A stretch of DNA of 64,000 nucleotides, taken from contig CALWYF010000001.1 in assembly GCA_944385705.1 (NCBI GenBank), positions 3,118-67,117 on the forward strand, written 5' to 3'. The DNA is from an uncultured Oscillospiraceae bacterium (GTDB lineage Bacteria; Bacillota; Clostridia; Oscillospirales; Oscillospiraceae). The notes under the pieces were generated by a model. It worked only from the letters and a program-made list of their open reading frames with translations. It did not search any database and had not been told where the DNA came from. Each line of letters starts with the position of its first letter. The stretch's first letter is position 1. Of the stretch, positions 34,990 through 44,806 are shown in pieces. Both the position numbers and the translations under genes were made by a program.

Positions 34990-35603
34990 TTTATAACCGC
35001 ACGCTGAAAATCTATACTGTCCAGCCTGGAAAAGCCCCCACAGAGGAGAATCTCCAGCCTGTGCGCTCTCATATGTACGGTGATAAGACCATCTATGCAA
35101 AGCGCATATACGATGCGGTCCAGGCGGGGTATCAGCTGGACCGGCTCCTGGAGATCCCCGGCTGGTACGACTACAAGTCCACGGAATACGTCAAGCCTGG
35201 GGACGGGGGCCTGTACAGACTGGCCCAGGCTGAGCGCCGCCGGGACGAAAATGGACTGCCCTGCATGTGGCTGTCCTTGAGCCTGATCGCCAGGACTTGG
35301 GCCGACGAGCTAATCCTGCTGAAGTATCCGGAAAAGAGCCAGGGCGATAACGGCTACGCTCTCCCGGATACCCAGCCGGAGGAGCGCAAAGTCATATGCT
35401 CCATAGTCCAAGGTCTGGACAGCAAGGACAGCTACACCGGGGATAAGAGCCGACTTCGGTCCCAGGTGACGGTAGAGGTATATGACAGCGACTATTTTGG
35501 CGAGCGGAAAGCCATTTTCCGTAGCCGGAGCTATGAGATACAATCCGCTACGATGACCGAGAGATATACCCAGCGCCTGGAGCTGCTGGAGGTGATACGG
35601 TGA
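34986..35603 (+). CDS. putative head closure / head-tail joining protein
   Basis: Position in the HK97-like module; ATGA overlap. Confidence 0.5.
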   Translation: MIYNRTLKIYTVQPGKAPTEENLQPVRSHMYGDKTIYAKRIYDAVQAGYQLDRLLEIPGWYDYKSTEYVKPGDGGLYRLAQAERRRDENGLPCMWLSLSLIARTWADELILLKYPEKSQGDNGYALPDTQPEERKVICSIVQGLDSKDSYTGDKSRLRSQVTVEVYDSDYFGERKAIFRSRSYEIQSATMTERYTQRLELLEVIR

Positions 35604-35929
35604 CAATTGACGAGCGTATACGTGCAGCTCTTCTCACTGTACTGCCTGATGTATATCCCAATATCTATACAGGCAAAAAGCTCCGCTACATCGTGTATCA
35701 ATACTCCACATACCCCAGGCTATTTGCCGACAGCAGCCCAGGGGCCGCCGTATACTCTCTGATGGTGCATTTATACTTGCCCCATGGAGACAATCCCACA
35801 GAGCTCAAGCTGGATATCTGCCGGTCGCTGGCCGGAGCCGGATGTACTTATCCCTCAGTCACTCCGGCTCATGACGATGAAGGTCAGCACTACGTCTTTG
35901 AGTGCGAGGCCACAGACGGGAGAGTATAA
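35600..35929 (+). CDS. hypothetical structural protein
   Basis: 109 aa, GTG start after GGAGGTG; synteny only. Confidence 0.5.
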   Translation: MTIDERIRAALLTVLPDVYPNIYTGKKLRYIVYQYSTYPRLFADSSPGAAVYSLMVHLYLPHGDNPTELKLDICRSLAGAGCTYPSVTPAHDDEGQHYVFECEATDGRV

Positions 35930-36363
35930 TGGCCAGATTTAGCTGCAGTGGCTTTGACGAGCTCAATGCCGCCTATGCGGAGCTGAAGGATATTCCGCAC
36001 AGTGTGACTCAGGATGTGCTGGAGGCTATGGGAGCGGTGGCCATGGAGAGGATCCGGGAGACAGGCGAGACCATGGGTGTGCGTGATCCGGAGAGCTCTG
36101 AGCATATCCTGGACAAGCTCAAGCTCTCCAAGGTAACATACACCAAAGACGGGGGCTATCTGAAGGTCACTTACTCCGGAAAGCGCCTCCGGGGCAAGAC
36201 CACTACACAGAATTCCGAAATAGCCTTCATAAATGAGTTCGGAAAGCGGGGCCAGCCCGCACGCCCATTTATGAAGACGGCACTTGATAAGAGCGCCGAT
36301 GAGATCTCTCAGGCTGGAGCGGACAAGCTATCAGCCTGGCAGGACAAAATATTTGAAAAATAA
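35929..36363 (+). CDS. HK97 gp10-family tail-completion protein
   Basis: ATG 35929; INEFGKRGQPARPFMKTA motif is typical of the gp10 family. Confidence 0.7.
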   Translation: MARFSCSGFDELNAAYAELKDIPHSVTQDVLEAMGAVAMERIRETGETMGVRDPESSEHILDKLKLSKVTYTKDGGYLKVTYSGKRLRGKTTTQNSEIAFINEFGKRGQPARPFMKTALDKSADEISQAGADKLSAWQDKIFEK

Positions 36364-36375
36364 GGAGGAGGAGAA

Positions 36376-37008
36376 ATGCCTGCATTTGATTTGCGTGGCA
36401 TCCTTGTTGCCAAGTATAGTCTGACCCCTGAGAAACAGGCGGTCTATACTGGGATTACCAGCATAGGCGACGCCATGGACGTCAACCTTGATTTCCGCTT
36501 TGCGGAAGGACGTCTCTACGCCGAAAGCACATTGGCAGAATACGTCCGGAAATGCGTTGGCGGAACGATATCCATAGCCGTCAAGTATATTCCTACCGAT
36601 GCCCAGAAGATGATGTACGGAACAAAAGAAAAGGAGAGGAGCATCACATATACTCCGGCTCCGACTACGGACCAGCCATCGCCGTCTGAAACCACAAAAA
36701 AAGTCAAGAGCCTTGTCACGGGAGGTAGGGACCGTGCCAGCTACTGCGGAGTGGCTTTTTACGCCCCGGACATGATAGACGGCAATGAAAAATTCACGGC
36801 GGTCTTTATCCACCGTTCCCTGTTTGGAAATCCCGGCATGGCTTTTAAGACGGCAGGGGAAAATATCCAGTTTAATACTCCCACCACTACCGGGGAGTTC
36901 CTCAATGACAACACGGCAGAGCAGAATATGCTGGAAGCCGCAATTCTTGACACGGAAGAGGAGGCAATTGCATGGACGAAAGCCGTGCTGAGCAGCGCCG
37001 CAGCCTGA
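36376..37008 (+). CDS. major tail protein
   Basis: 210 aa after AAGGAGGAGGAG; immediately upstream of the chaperone/TMP genes. Confidence 0.75.
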   Translation: MPAFDLRGILVAKYSLTPEKQAVYTGITSIGDAMDVNLDFRFAEGRLYAESTLAEYVRKCVGGTISIAVKYIPTDAQKMMYGTKEKERSITYTPAPTTDQPSPSETTKKVKSLVTGGRDRASYCGVAFYAPDMIDGNEKFTAVFIHRSLFGNPGMAFKTAGENIQFNTPTTTGEFLNDNTAEQNMLEAAILDTEEEAIAWTKAVLSSAAA

Positions 37009-37373
37009 CAGATATTCGGCTTCAGGAGCTGGATTTTGATTTTGACGGCCGGAAGTACAAGCTGCGCTGTAACATGAATGTCCTGGCCGATGTCCAGGAG
37101 GACTTTGGCGGGAGACTTGCCCCGGCTGTAAACGGCCGTGCCTCTATGAAAAGTACACTTAGCTTCCTGGCTGCAATGCTCAATGACTATGCTGAGGATA
37201 TGGGCTGGCCTGAACGCTATACACGCCGGGAGCTGGGGAAAAAACTGGGCTGGGACGGATATAAGCAGCTGCCTGTATCCGATATACAGCAACTTGTTGT
37301 CAGTGCGATTTTCCCTCCGGAGGCTCAGAATGAGGCGGAAGCTGCCGCCCAGGGAGACAGCTCAAAAAACTGA
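36972..37373 (+). CDS. tail assembly chaperone (G-like)
   Basis: 133 aa between the major tail protein and TMP; ends at the slippery site. Confidence 0.75.
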   Translation: MDESRAEQRRSLTDIRLQELDFDFDGRKYKLRCNMNVLADVQEDFGGRLAPAVNGRASMKSTLSFLAAMLNDYAEDMGWPERYTRRELGKKLGWDGYKQLPVSDIQQLVVSAIFPPEAQNEAEAAAQGDSSKN

Positions 37374-37588
37374 GGGAGCTGGCGGAGTTGAAGCTCGACT
37401 TCGCCAGCTTCTTAAGCATATGGCTGCTTCATTTTCGACTGGATGAAAAAGTGTTCTGGAAGACGATGACCCCGGCACGGCTCCATCAGCTCTATGACAG
37501 CTATTTCGGACGAACGAAAAAGCCGGAACAGGACAATAAGAAGAAAAAACCACGGTCGCTGGCGGCCTATCTTAAAGGAGGCGGTTGA
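36972..37588 (+). CDS. tail assembly chaperone G-T fusion via programmed -1 frameshift
   Basis: The -1 frame is open from the slip site through ORF 37388..37588 (…SSKKLRELAELKLDFASF…). Confidence 0.65.
37364..37370 (+). promoter_or_regulatory. slippery heptamer A_AAA_AAC
   Basis: Zero frame reads tcA AAA AAC tga. The X_XXY_YYZ pattern sits directly at the G stop codon. Confidence 0.65.
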
Positions 37589-39338
37589 TATCGCTACCAG
37601 AAAGCTGGACACTAAGCTGTCCGTAAGCGGTGAACAGCAGTATAAGAACGCCATAACAGAAATAAACCGGGGCATAGGCGTGCTCAAGGCGGAAATGCAG
37701 AAGGTGACCGCTGAATTTGAGGATAACGCCGACAGCGTGGAGGGACTTACCGCCCAGACCGATGTCCTCAACCGCCGCCTGGAAAGCGAGAGAGACAAAG
37801 TCTCGGCTCTAAGGGATGCTCTCAGCTATGCTGTCCGGACCCACGGTGAGGCCAGCAAGGAGGCCATGGACTACCAGGCTGCTCTGTACAAGGCGGAAGC
37901 CCAGGTAAGCAAAACAGAGAGCGCCATACGCCGGAATACGGAAGCATTGACTCAGCAAGATGAGGCTCTGGAGGATGCTGCGGAAGAAATGACCGGGGCG
38001 GGAGATGTGGCAGAGAAGCTGGCCGGAAAATTTGGAATCACGCTACCGGACAATCTTAAAAAGGCTCTGGGCAGTACCAAGACCTTTTCCAGCGGCACCG
38101 TAGCTGCCATGGGGGCTGCAGCTGCTGCTGTAGGGACGCTTGTCGCCGCTGAGAAACAGCTCATGGATATCACCAGAGAAGCGGCCGAAAGGGCAAAAGA
38201 GACTGAAAATCAGTCTCTTATCAGCGGCATGAGCACCGAAGAGATCCAGCAGCTGGAATATGCCAGCAAAATTATTGGTGTGGCCACTGATAAAATTAGC
38301 GACGCCCAGAAGACTATCATCACTAATATGCAGTCGGCCAAGGATGGCAGTGAGGATTATATAAATGCTTTTGCTCGCCTTGGCGTACAAATTACCGACA
38401 CCAGCGGGCAGCTCCGGGACAGTAATGAGGTCTTTTACGAGGTGCTGGACGCCCTCGGGGAAATCGAAAACCGCACAGAGAGGGACGCCGCAGCAATGTC
38501 CCTGATGGGCGAGTCTGCGAGAGAGCTCAATCCCATTATTGCCCAGGGCAGCAGCGTGCTCCAGCAGTATGCCAAAGACGCTCAGGACACCAGCTATGTC
38601 CTGAGTACTGATCAGGTGGAAGCTCTGGCGGCAGTAGACGAGAAATACCAGGAGCTGCAGCTCCGTCAGGAGGCTGTGCGAAAACAGCTGGCATCGGAAT
38701 TTGCTCCCACCGCCGAGAAGGTATATGACAAATTTGGAGAGTTGGTTACTGAGGCAGGAGAAGCGCTTATTGATAGCGGCCTTGTGCATAACCTAGGGAG
38801 CCTGCTTGAATCTGCGGTATCTCTCGCTGAACCGATTCTAAATCTTGCAAATATAGTCCTGCCTGTGCTTGGTGCTGTTCTGGAACCTATTGCAGGATGG
38901 GTGGCCATTATAGCTGATGCTGGGGACTGGCTGACAGGATTGTTTAGCGGGAACTTTAGCCAAATGGGCGTGGCTTTGGGCGCAGGGGTGTCTGAAGGTA
39001 AATTCAGCAATTACCAACAATATTTGGGCTACAGCCAGAATATGGATGGTAGCTATTATAACCCTGAAACTGGCCTTTGGGAGGGCAATGCCTTCCACGC
39101 CAGCGGCACGGACTACTTCCGTGGCGGCCGGACCGTAGTGGGTGAAAACGGTCCTGAGACCGTCATACTCCCGGCCGGGAGTCGCATCCTCACCAACCAG
39201 GAGACCCGAGAGAGCGCTGGCGGAGGCGTCTATATCGATAAAGTCGTAATCGATGCCAAAAACGTCAGAGACTTTAACGCCGCTGTGAATACATTCAGCA
39301 ATTTCCGACGTATCTACCGGATGGGAGCAAAGGCATGA
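37494..39338 (+). CDS. tail tape measure protein (start unresolved)
   Basis: 614 aa, coiled-coil and Ala/Gly-rich TM-like segments. The only canonical in-frame start (ATG 37494) lacks an RBS. AAAGGAGG at 37574-81 is not followed by an in-frame ATG/GTG/TTG. Confidence 0.8.
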   Translation: MTAISDERKSRNRTIRRKNHGRWRPILKEAVDIATRKLDTKLSVSGEQQYKNAITEINRGIGVLKAEMQKVTAEFEDNADSVEGLTAQTDVLNRRLESERDKVSALRDALSYAVRTHGEASKEAMDYQAALYKAEAQVSKTESAIRRNTEALTQQDEALEDAAEEMTGAGDVAEKLAGKFGITLPDNLKKALGSTKTFSSGTVAAMGAAAAAVGTLVAAEKQLMDITREAAERAKETENQSLISGMSTEEIQQLEYASKIIGVATDKISDAQKTIITNMQSAKDGSEDYINAFARLGVQITDTSGQLRDSNEVFYEVLDALGEIENRTERDAAAMSLMGESARELNPIIAQGSSVLQQYAKDAQDTSYVLSTDQVEALAAVDEKYQELQLRQEAVRKQLASEFAPTAEKVYDKFGELVTEAGEALIDSGLVHNLGSLLESAVSLAEPILNLANIVLPVLGAVLEPIAGWVAIIADAGDWLTGLFSGNFSQMGVALGAGVSEGKFSNYQQYLGYSQNMDGSYYNPETGLWEGNAFHASGTDYFRGGRTVVGENGPETVILPAGSRILTNQETRESAGGGVYIDKVVIDAKNVRDFNAAVNTFSNFRRIYRMGAKA

Positions 39339-41371
39339 GTACAATACTTACACTTGATGCAAGTGAATCCGCTATAGTACGGGAGTCCGCTCCGGATTCA
39401 AATGACCACACATCACAAATCTATTCGGAGATAGACGATGAGAGCTCAGCCCTTTTCGTAAAATTCGATGTGCCGCCAGCATATTTGTATAATTTGATAA
39501 ACAAAGTGGAGTTCCGGGCCTATTTTACTCCGTATAGCTACTATGACGGTGGATCCGGTACAAATTTTATGGACGCCACAGTGTCATTTTACGCTGTCGG
39601 TGATGTTTGGGACTCAGAAACGGTAACATGGCTAACTAAACCGTTTCATTATGGCACAGGAAATGCTTCTCTGAAGATTTTGAATCCGACATCCGGACTT
39701 CCTGCTTACAGTGAGTGGGGAAATGTAGGGACTGCCTCCAGATTCTCAGATTGCTTGCGACATGGCATAAGAACCGCCGATGCCCCAAACAAAATTCATA
39801 CCGCATGTAGTGATCATCCGCCTCAGGTCAGGGTGGAGTTTCTTGATAGTAAAATTCGCCTTGAGCCTTCCAATATTTCTCCGGCATCAGGAGCGAGGAT
39901 TACTCGCACAAAGCCATTTACAGTCACTTTTAGCGGCACTATATGGGCACCTTCATTGCCCTACTACACGGCGAGCATACCAACTTTTTCTAGCTATCGG
40001 CTTTTTTATAAGCTGCAGAATGAAGAGGTGTATCAATCAATAGCCGTGACCGGGGCGAGTGGAGATGCTGGGACAGTCCAGGTACCAGCGAATACCCTGC
40101 CATCAGGCATGGTAGAGGCATACATAGAGGTCACTGACAGCGGAGGCACAACTACATCCAGCGACACTATAACCTGGGATACTACAGACACCATCTCGAT
40201 GGCTATCTGCGTGCGCCCTTCAGGGACTCTGGTAAATGGAGCCGAAACCACAGAATTTACCTGGCAGCATATCAATGAGAGCGGCACCCTGCCTACAAAG
40301 TCGGAGCTGCAATTTACTCAGAGCAAAGACAGCTGGGGCCAGACTGTGACCGTGACCGGCAGCGGCCTCACCTACGAGGCTCAGCCAGGGATCTTTACCT
40401 CCGGCACCTGGTACTGGCGGGTGAGGACGTATAATCAGGACGGTGTGGCGGGGAGCTGGAGTGAGACTGCTGAATTTGTGGTAGTGGCTCCGCCCACCAC
40501 CCCCACAGTGCTCATCCTCAATGCCTCGCCTCGCCCTGAAATCCAATGGCAGACCAATGAGCAGGAGGGCTATCAGGTGAAGCTGGAGGGCATCTACGAC
40601 CAGATCCTCTTCGGTCCGGGGAAAACCTGGAAATGTCCCCAGTACCTGGATGACGGTACATACACGGTGCGTGTGCGCTCACAGAATCGCTATGGCCTAT
40701 GGAGCCCCTGGGGCACGGCTACTATTGTCGTCAGCAATGAGCCCGGCTCGGAGATTGAGCTGAGTGTCCAATTTGGGCACATCGCAGAGCTGAGCTGGAC
40801 AAGCCAGGGATATGATTTTTATCTGGTGTACAGAGGCGAGAAGCCTATAGCTCGCTTGACCGGAGAAGAGTATATAGATGAATACTCCGGAGGCCAGACC
40901 GAGTATTTCATCCGGGGCTGCTATGCGGATAGCAGCAATTTCGGCAAATCCAATGACGTGAGCGGCACTGTATCTGCAGCTGTGACCATGATCAAGGCGG
41001 TACCTGATGGCCAATGGATAGAGCTGCCCTACAGCACGTCCATGTACTCAAGCATATCTACCACCAGACGGCGTGACGCCAGCAGAATGAGTCTCCAGGG
41101 CAGAGCATACCCGGTCACGGAGCTTGGGGAATTCTATGAGCGCAGCGTCAGCTTCAGCGCTGCATTTTTCCTTCAGGACGATCCTGGGCTGCAGGAGCTG
41201 CTGGGGCGCACGGTGTGCGTCAAAGCACCAGACCAGGACGTGCTTATGGCGACATTGGATGAGCTAAGATCTAATCGCAGCACTTTTTACATCAGCTACG
41301 ACTTTGCTTTGAGCCAGCAGTATTTTGAGGAGGAGATTGACATTGACACGGGCAGTATCTTATCGCCTTGA
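39335..41371 (+). CDS. tail protein: N-terminal DNRLRE-like domain, FN3-like repeats, C-terminal distal-tail (Dit)-like region
   Basis: 678 aa immediately after TMP; AVGDVWDSETVTWLTKP motif; repeated WYWRVRT / YTVRVRSQNRYGLWSPW FN3-like segments. Confidence 0.55.
   Translation: MSTILTLDASESAIVRESAPDSNDHTSQIYSEIDDESSALFVKFDVPPAYLYNLINKVEFRAYFTPYSYYDGGSGTNFMDATVSFYAVGDVWDSETVTWLTKPFHYGTGNASLKILNPTSGLPAYSEWGNVGTASRFSDCLRHGIRTADAPNKIHTACSDHPPQVRVEFLDSKIRLEPSNISPASGARITRTKPFTVTFSGTIWAPSLPYYTASIPTFSSYRLFYKLQNEEVYQSIAVTGASGDAGTVQVPANTLPSGMVEAYIEVTDSGGTTTSSDTITWDTTDTISMAICVRPSGTLVNGAETTEFTWQHINESGTLPTKSELQFTQSKDSWGQTVTVTGSGLTYEAQPGIFTSGTWYWRVRTYNQDGVAGSWSETAEFVVVAPPTTPTVLILNASPRPEIQWQTNEQEGYQVKLEGIYDQILFGPGKTWKCPQYLDDGTYTVRVRSQNRYGLWSPWGTATIVVSNEPGSEIELSVQFGHIAELSWTSQGYDFYLVYRGEKPIARLTGEEYIDEYSGGQTEYFIRGCYADSSNFGKSNDVSGTVSAAVTMIKAVPDGQWIELPYSTSMYSSISTTRRRDASRMSLQGRAYPVTELGEFYERSVSFSAAFFLQDDPGLQELLGRTVCVKAPDQDVLMATLDELRSNRSTFYISYDFALSQQYFEEEIDIDTGSILSP
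40764..40780. repeat. 17-bp palindrome copy 6 (GTGTCCAATTTGGGCAC, one half-site variant)
   Basis: Hybrid of the T-type and C-type half-sites, inside the tail gene. Confidence 0.75.
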
Positions 41372-42386
41372 CGTCATAAGGAATGGGGCCTGCCTTACTC
41401 AGCTTTACTGGGATGCAAGCTCCGGAGCGCCTACCATAGACTGCCGAAAAGATTCTTCCATCAAGCGGAGCATGTCGGGGACTTTCATTTACAATGATGC
41501 AGTAGATCTCTTCTCGGACGAGCTGCGGCCAATGATGATTATAGACGGCATTGAGGAGGCCCTGGGCATTTACCGGCCCACTACGGTCCTTGACACCTAC
41601 ACGCCCTACGGCAAAGCGTGGCAGATCGAGGCCTACGACCGCAGCTGGATACTTAGCTCAGTAAAGACTGAGAGCTTACTGCATCTGTCAGCCGGGACGA
41701 ATTATATAGAGGCTATCGAGCAGCTGCTTGTGTCTTGCGGGATTGCAAATGCGATTATAGTCGCCAGCGACTCGGAGCTTACATCCGACAGAGAGGACTG
41801 GCCAATAGGCACGGCATATCTGGATATAATCAACGCCCTGCTGCAGGAGATTAATTACAAAGAGATTTGGTTTGACGCCCAGGGATATGCCCACCTGGAG
41901 CCTTACGCAGCCCCCAGCGCAGCCAGTATCCTGAGGCAGTACAGTACAAGGGACATGAGGCGCCCCAGCATGGGGCCTGAGCTCAGCGGTATGACAGACT
42001 TGTACAGTGCTCCCAATGTCTTTGTGGTCACCTGCTCCAACCCTGATAATTCTGCGGGACTTCGGGCGGTGGCAGTCAATGACTCTCCCGTATCCAGCAA
42101 GTCCACGCTGCGCCGGGGGATGAGGATTACCCAGGTGAGCTCCGTAAATCAGACCAGCAGCCAGGAGGCCCTCCAGGGCTATGCCAATCGCCTAAGAGAT
42201 GAGTCTCTGCTCAGCGACTATTCCCTGGATTTTGATATCCTGGCCGAGCATGGGCACGGAGTGGGAGATATAATCGGCATAGACCACCCGGAGCTGGGTG
42301 GTATCTATGAGGAGCAGAGCTGGAGCCTTAGTCTGGCCGCAGGCGAGATGATGCATATCAGTGCATCCAGGACTGTGGTAATTTGA
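41343..42386 (+). CDS. tail-associated / baseplate hub-like protein (start uncertain, TTG)
   Basis: Follows the Dit-like gene; GAGGAGGAG then TTG at 41343. The track ORF starts at 41325. Confidence 0.5.
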   Translation: MTRAVSYRLDVIRNGACLTQLYWDASSGAPTIDCRKDSSIKRSMSGTFIYNDAVDLFSDELRPMMIIDGIEEALGIYRPTTVLDTYTPYGKAWQIEAYDRSWILSSVKTESLLHLSAGTNYIEAIEQLLVSCGIANAIIVASDSELTSDREDWPIGTAYLDIINALLQEINYKEIWFDAQGYAHLEPYAAPSAASILRQYSTRDMRRPSMGPELSGMTDLYSAPNVFVVTCSNPDNSAGLRAVAVNDSPVSSKSTLRRGMRITQVSSVNQTSSQEALQGYANRLRDESLLSDYSLDFDILAEHGHGVGDIIGIDHPELGGIYEEQSWSLSLAAGEMMHISASRTVVI

Positions 42387-42395
42387 GGAGGCGCT

Positions 42396-42755
42396 ATGAA
42401 TCAATTCATGTTACATCAGGAGCAGACTAAAGAGTCCCCATTGCTGCTTGGTACGGTAGTGGCCTATGACACGACCAAGGGTGTGCGTATACAGCTGGAC
42501 GGCGAGGAGACTGCTGGCGTCAAATACTACAAATCCCGCAAAGGATTGATCACTGCTGTCGGAGATCGTGTCGTCCTGGCCCCCATCAGCGGCTCTTATG
42601 TGGTGCTTGGCACTGTAGGACTCCCCGCAAGGAAGTACAATATGAATCAATGCCCGACCGGGAGTAATGCCACGGCGGCAAATTGTGCCAGCTGGATAAA
42701 TACGCTGATTGAGGCTCTTACGGCACAGGGGCTGATGTCTAAAAATGGGTGGTGA
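42396..42755 (+). CDS. small tail/baseplate protein (gpV-like OB-fold, tentative)
   Basis: 119 aa; [21 protein letters not shown]...[19 protein letters not shown] pattern. Confidence 0.45.
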   Translation: MNQFMLHQEQTKESPLLLGTVVAYDTTKGVRIQLDGEETAGVKYYKSRKGLITAVGDRVVLAPISGSYVVLGTVGLPARKYNMNQCPTGSNATAANCASWINTLIEALTAQGLMSKNGW

Positions 42756-42759
42756 TTAC

Positions 42760-44805
42760 ATGATAATTAAATTTGCACTTGACCATCAAAAAATAGAGCG
42801 GCTGGACACGGAATTTGTGGTGGCGGACTCCCAGAATTATTTATATGCCGAATTCCAGCTGCTTTCAGACGATTGGCAGCCACCAATTACCGCCCTCTTT
42901 GATAGCTATGCAGTAATCCTGGACAACAGCAGCAGGTGCTTAGTGCCCTGGGAAGTGCTGAAAAAGACCACATTTAAGGTAAGCGCATTCTGCGGAGACT
43001 TACACACGGCTGCCGCCGCTGTGATTTTTGTCAATCCCAGCGGCTACGTCTCCGGGGAGACTCCAGAGCCACCAAGTCCGGATGTGTATACACAAATTCT
43101 TGACATTGCTTCATCGGCAAAAAACATCGCTGAAGGTGTGCGGGCCGATGCGGATGCCGGGGTGTTTGATGGAGAGCCTGGCCCACCGGGCACGGGAATC
43201 ATAATTAAAGGTACAGCGGCACAGGTGGAGGACCTGCCGCCAGTGGCTGCTGCAGGCGACATGTGGAATGTCGGCTCAGCGCCGCCGTATAATATCTACC
43301 TCTACACAGGCGAGGACTGGCAAGACCAGGGACAGCTTCAGGGCCCGGAGGGGCCACAAGGCCCCAAAGGCGACACCGGCGACATCGGTCCCCAGGGGCC
43401 AAAGGGAGACACAGGCCCTCAGGGCCCGGAGGGACCTCAAGGTCCGGCAGGTCCCCAGGGAGAGCCTGGACCTAAGGGTGACACCGGGGACGTCGGCCCC
43501 CAGGGACCCAAGGGAGATACAGGACCTCAAGGCCCGGCAGGCCCCCAAGGGCCGGCAGGCCCAAAAGGTGCGGATGGCACGATGACTTTTGAGGACCTGA
43601 GCGATGAGCAAATTGAGTCTTTGAGAGGCCCCAAAGGTGACACGGGAGAGCAAGGCCCGGCGGGTCCCCAAGGAGAGCAAGGTCCTAAAGGCGACACAGG
43701 TGACACCGGCCCCCAGGGCCCAGAAGGGCCTCAAGGTCCGGCAGGTCCCCAGGGAGAGCCTGGCCCTAAGGGCGACACCGGGGATACCGGCCCTCAGGGC
43801 CCGGAAGGACCTCAAGGCCCAGCGGGACCACAAGGGGAGCCCGGACCCAAAGGTGACACGGGAGAGCAGGGCCCGGCAGGTCCCCAGGGAGAGCCTGGCC
43901 CCAAGGGCGATATGGGCGACACCGGCCCCCAGGGGCCCAAGGGCGACGCCGGAGAAACCGGAGCGACAGATACGCCGGGAGTAGATGGGGACGGACTCCT
44001 AAGCTGGGCAAATGACAAAGGCCTGGAGAATCCAGAGCCAGTCAGTATTCGTGGCCCCCAGGGGCCCAAGGGTGACGCCGGAGATATGGGCCCGCAGGGC
44101 CCGACAGGCCCCCAGGGGGAGACCGGTGCCAAAGGTGACACGGGTGATACAGGACCGCAGGGACCCAAGGGGGATACCGGAGCCACCGGCCCCCAGGGCC
44201 CGGAAGGACCTCAAGGCCCAGCGGGACCACAAGGTGAGCCCGGACCCAAAGGTGACACGGGCCCACAGGGCCCGGCAGGTCCTCAGGGAGAGCCTGGCCC
44301 TAAGGGCGATACTGGCGACACCGGTCCCCAGGGGCTCAAAGGCGACCAAGGAGAATCCGGAGCCACATATACTCCGAGTGTAGATGAGGACGGACTCCTA
44401 AGCTGGGCAAATGACAAAGGCCTGGAGAATCCGGAGCCTGTCAACATCCGTGGTACCCAGGGACCCAAGGGTGATACGGGCGACACGGGTCCTCAAGGGC
44501 CTAAGGGAGATACTGGCGATCCGGGTCCCCAAGGTCCGGCCGGAACCGCAACCGTAGCCACGGTGACGCTGCCGGTGGCCAACTGGACAGGGGAAGGGCC
44601 GCACACCCAGACCGTCACGATCCCCGGCACCACCGCCACCAGCCAGATCAATATAACCCCCGACCCGGCCCTCTTGGCTGCGGCGCTTGACCAGGGCTTT
44701 TCCCTTGTCTTTGGTAATGCAGCCGGCACTATAACAGCCTACGCTGTAGGAGCACAGCCCACCACGGAGCTCAGCGTCCCCGTGGTGATACAGGAGGTAA
44801 GCTAA
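42760..44805 (+). CDS. collagen-like (G-X-Y) tail fibre protein
   Basis: Long runs of [37 protein letters not shown] interrupted by two [15 protein letters not shown] knuckles. Confidence 0.85.
   Translation: MIIKFALDHQKIERLDTEFVVADSQNYLYAEFQLLSDDWQPPITALFDSYAVILDNSSRCLVPWEVLKKTTFKVSAFCGDLHTAAAAVIFVNPSGYVSGETPEPPSPDVYTQILDIASSAKNIAEGVRADADAGVFDGEPGPPGTGIIIKGTAAQVEDLPPVAAAGDMWNVGSAPPYNIYLYTGEDWQDQGQLQGPEGPQGPKGDTGDIGPQGPKGDTGPQGPEGPQGPAGPQGEPGPKGDTGDVGPQGPKGDTGPQGPAGPQGPAGPKGADGTMTFEDLSDEQIESLRGPKGDTGEQGPAGPQGEQGPKGDTGDTGPQGPEGPQGPAGPQGEPGPKGDTGDTGPQGPEGPQGPAGPQGEPGPKGDTGEQGPAGPQGEPGPKGDMGDTGPQGPKGDAGETGATDTPGVDGDGLLSWANDKGLENPEPVSIRGPQGPKGDAGDMGPQGPTGPQGETGAKGDTGDTGPQGPKGDTGATGPQGPEGPQGPAGPQGEPGPKGDTGPQGPAGPQGEPGPKGDTGDTGPQGLKGDQGESGATYTPSVDEDGLLSWANDKGLENPEPVNIRGTQGPKGDTGDTGPQGPKGDTGDPGPQGPAGTATVATVTLPVANWTGEGPHTQTVTIPGTTATSQINITPDPALLAAALDQGFSLVFGNAAGTITAYAVGAQPTTELSVPVVIQEVS
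43333..44540 (+). repeat. collagen-triplet repeat array with internal near-identical duplications
   Basis: 9-bp periodic GGN CCN NNN repeats; a 44-nt identical block at 43990-44033 and 44389-44432. Confidence 0.85.
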
Positions 44806-44806
44806 A

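Noticed and set aside
43333-44540. Repeat array considered as a CRISPR or a DGR variable region
   Set aside because: The periodicity is 9 bp (collagen G-X-Y) inside one long ORF, with no repeat-spacer structure. No reverse transcriptase or template repeat was found anywhere in the window, so a diversity-generating retroelement is not supported.
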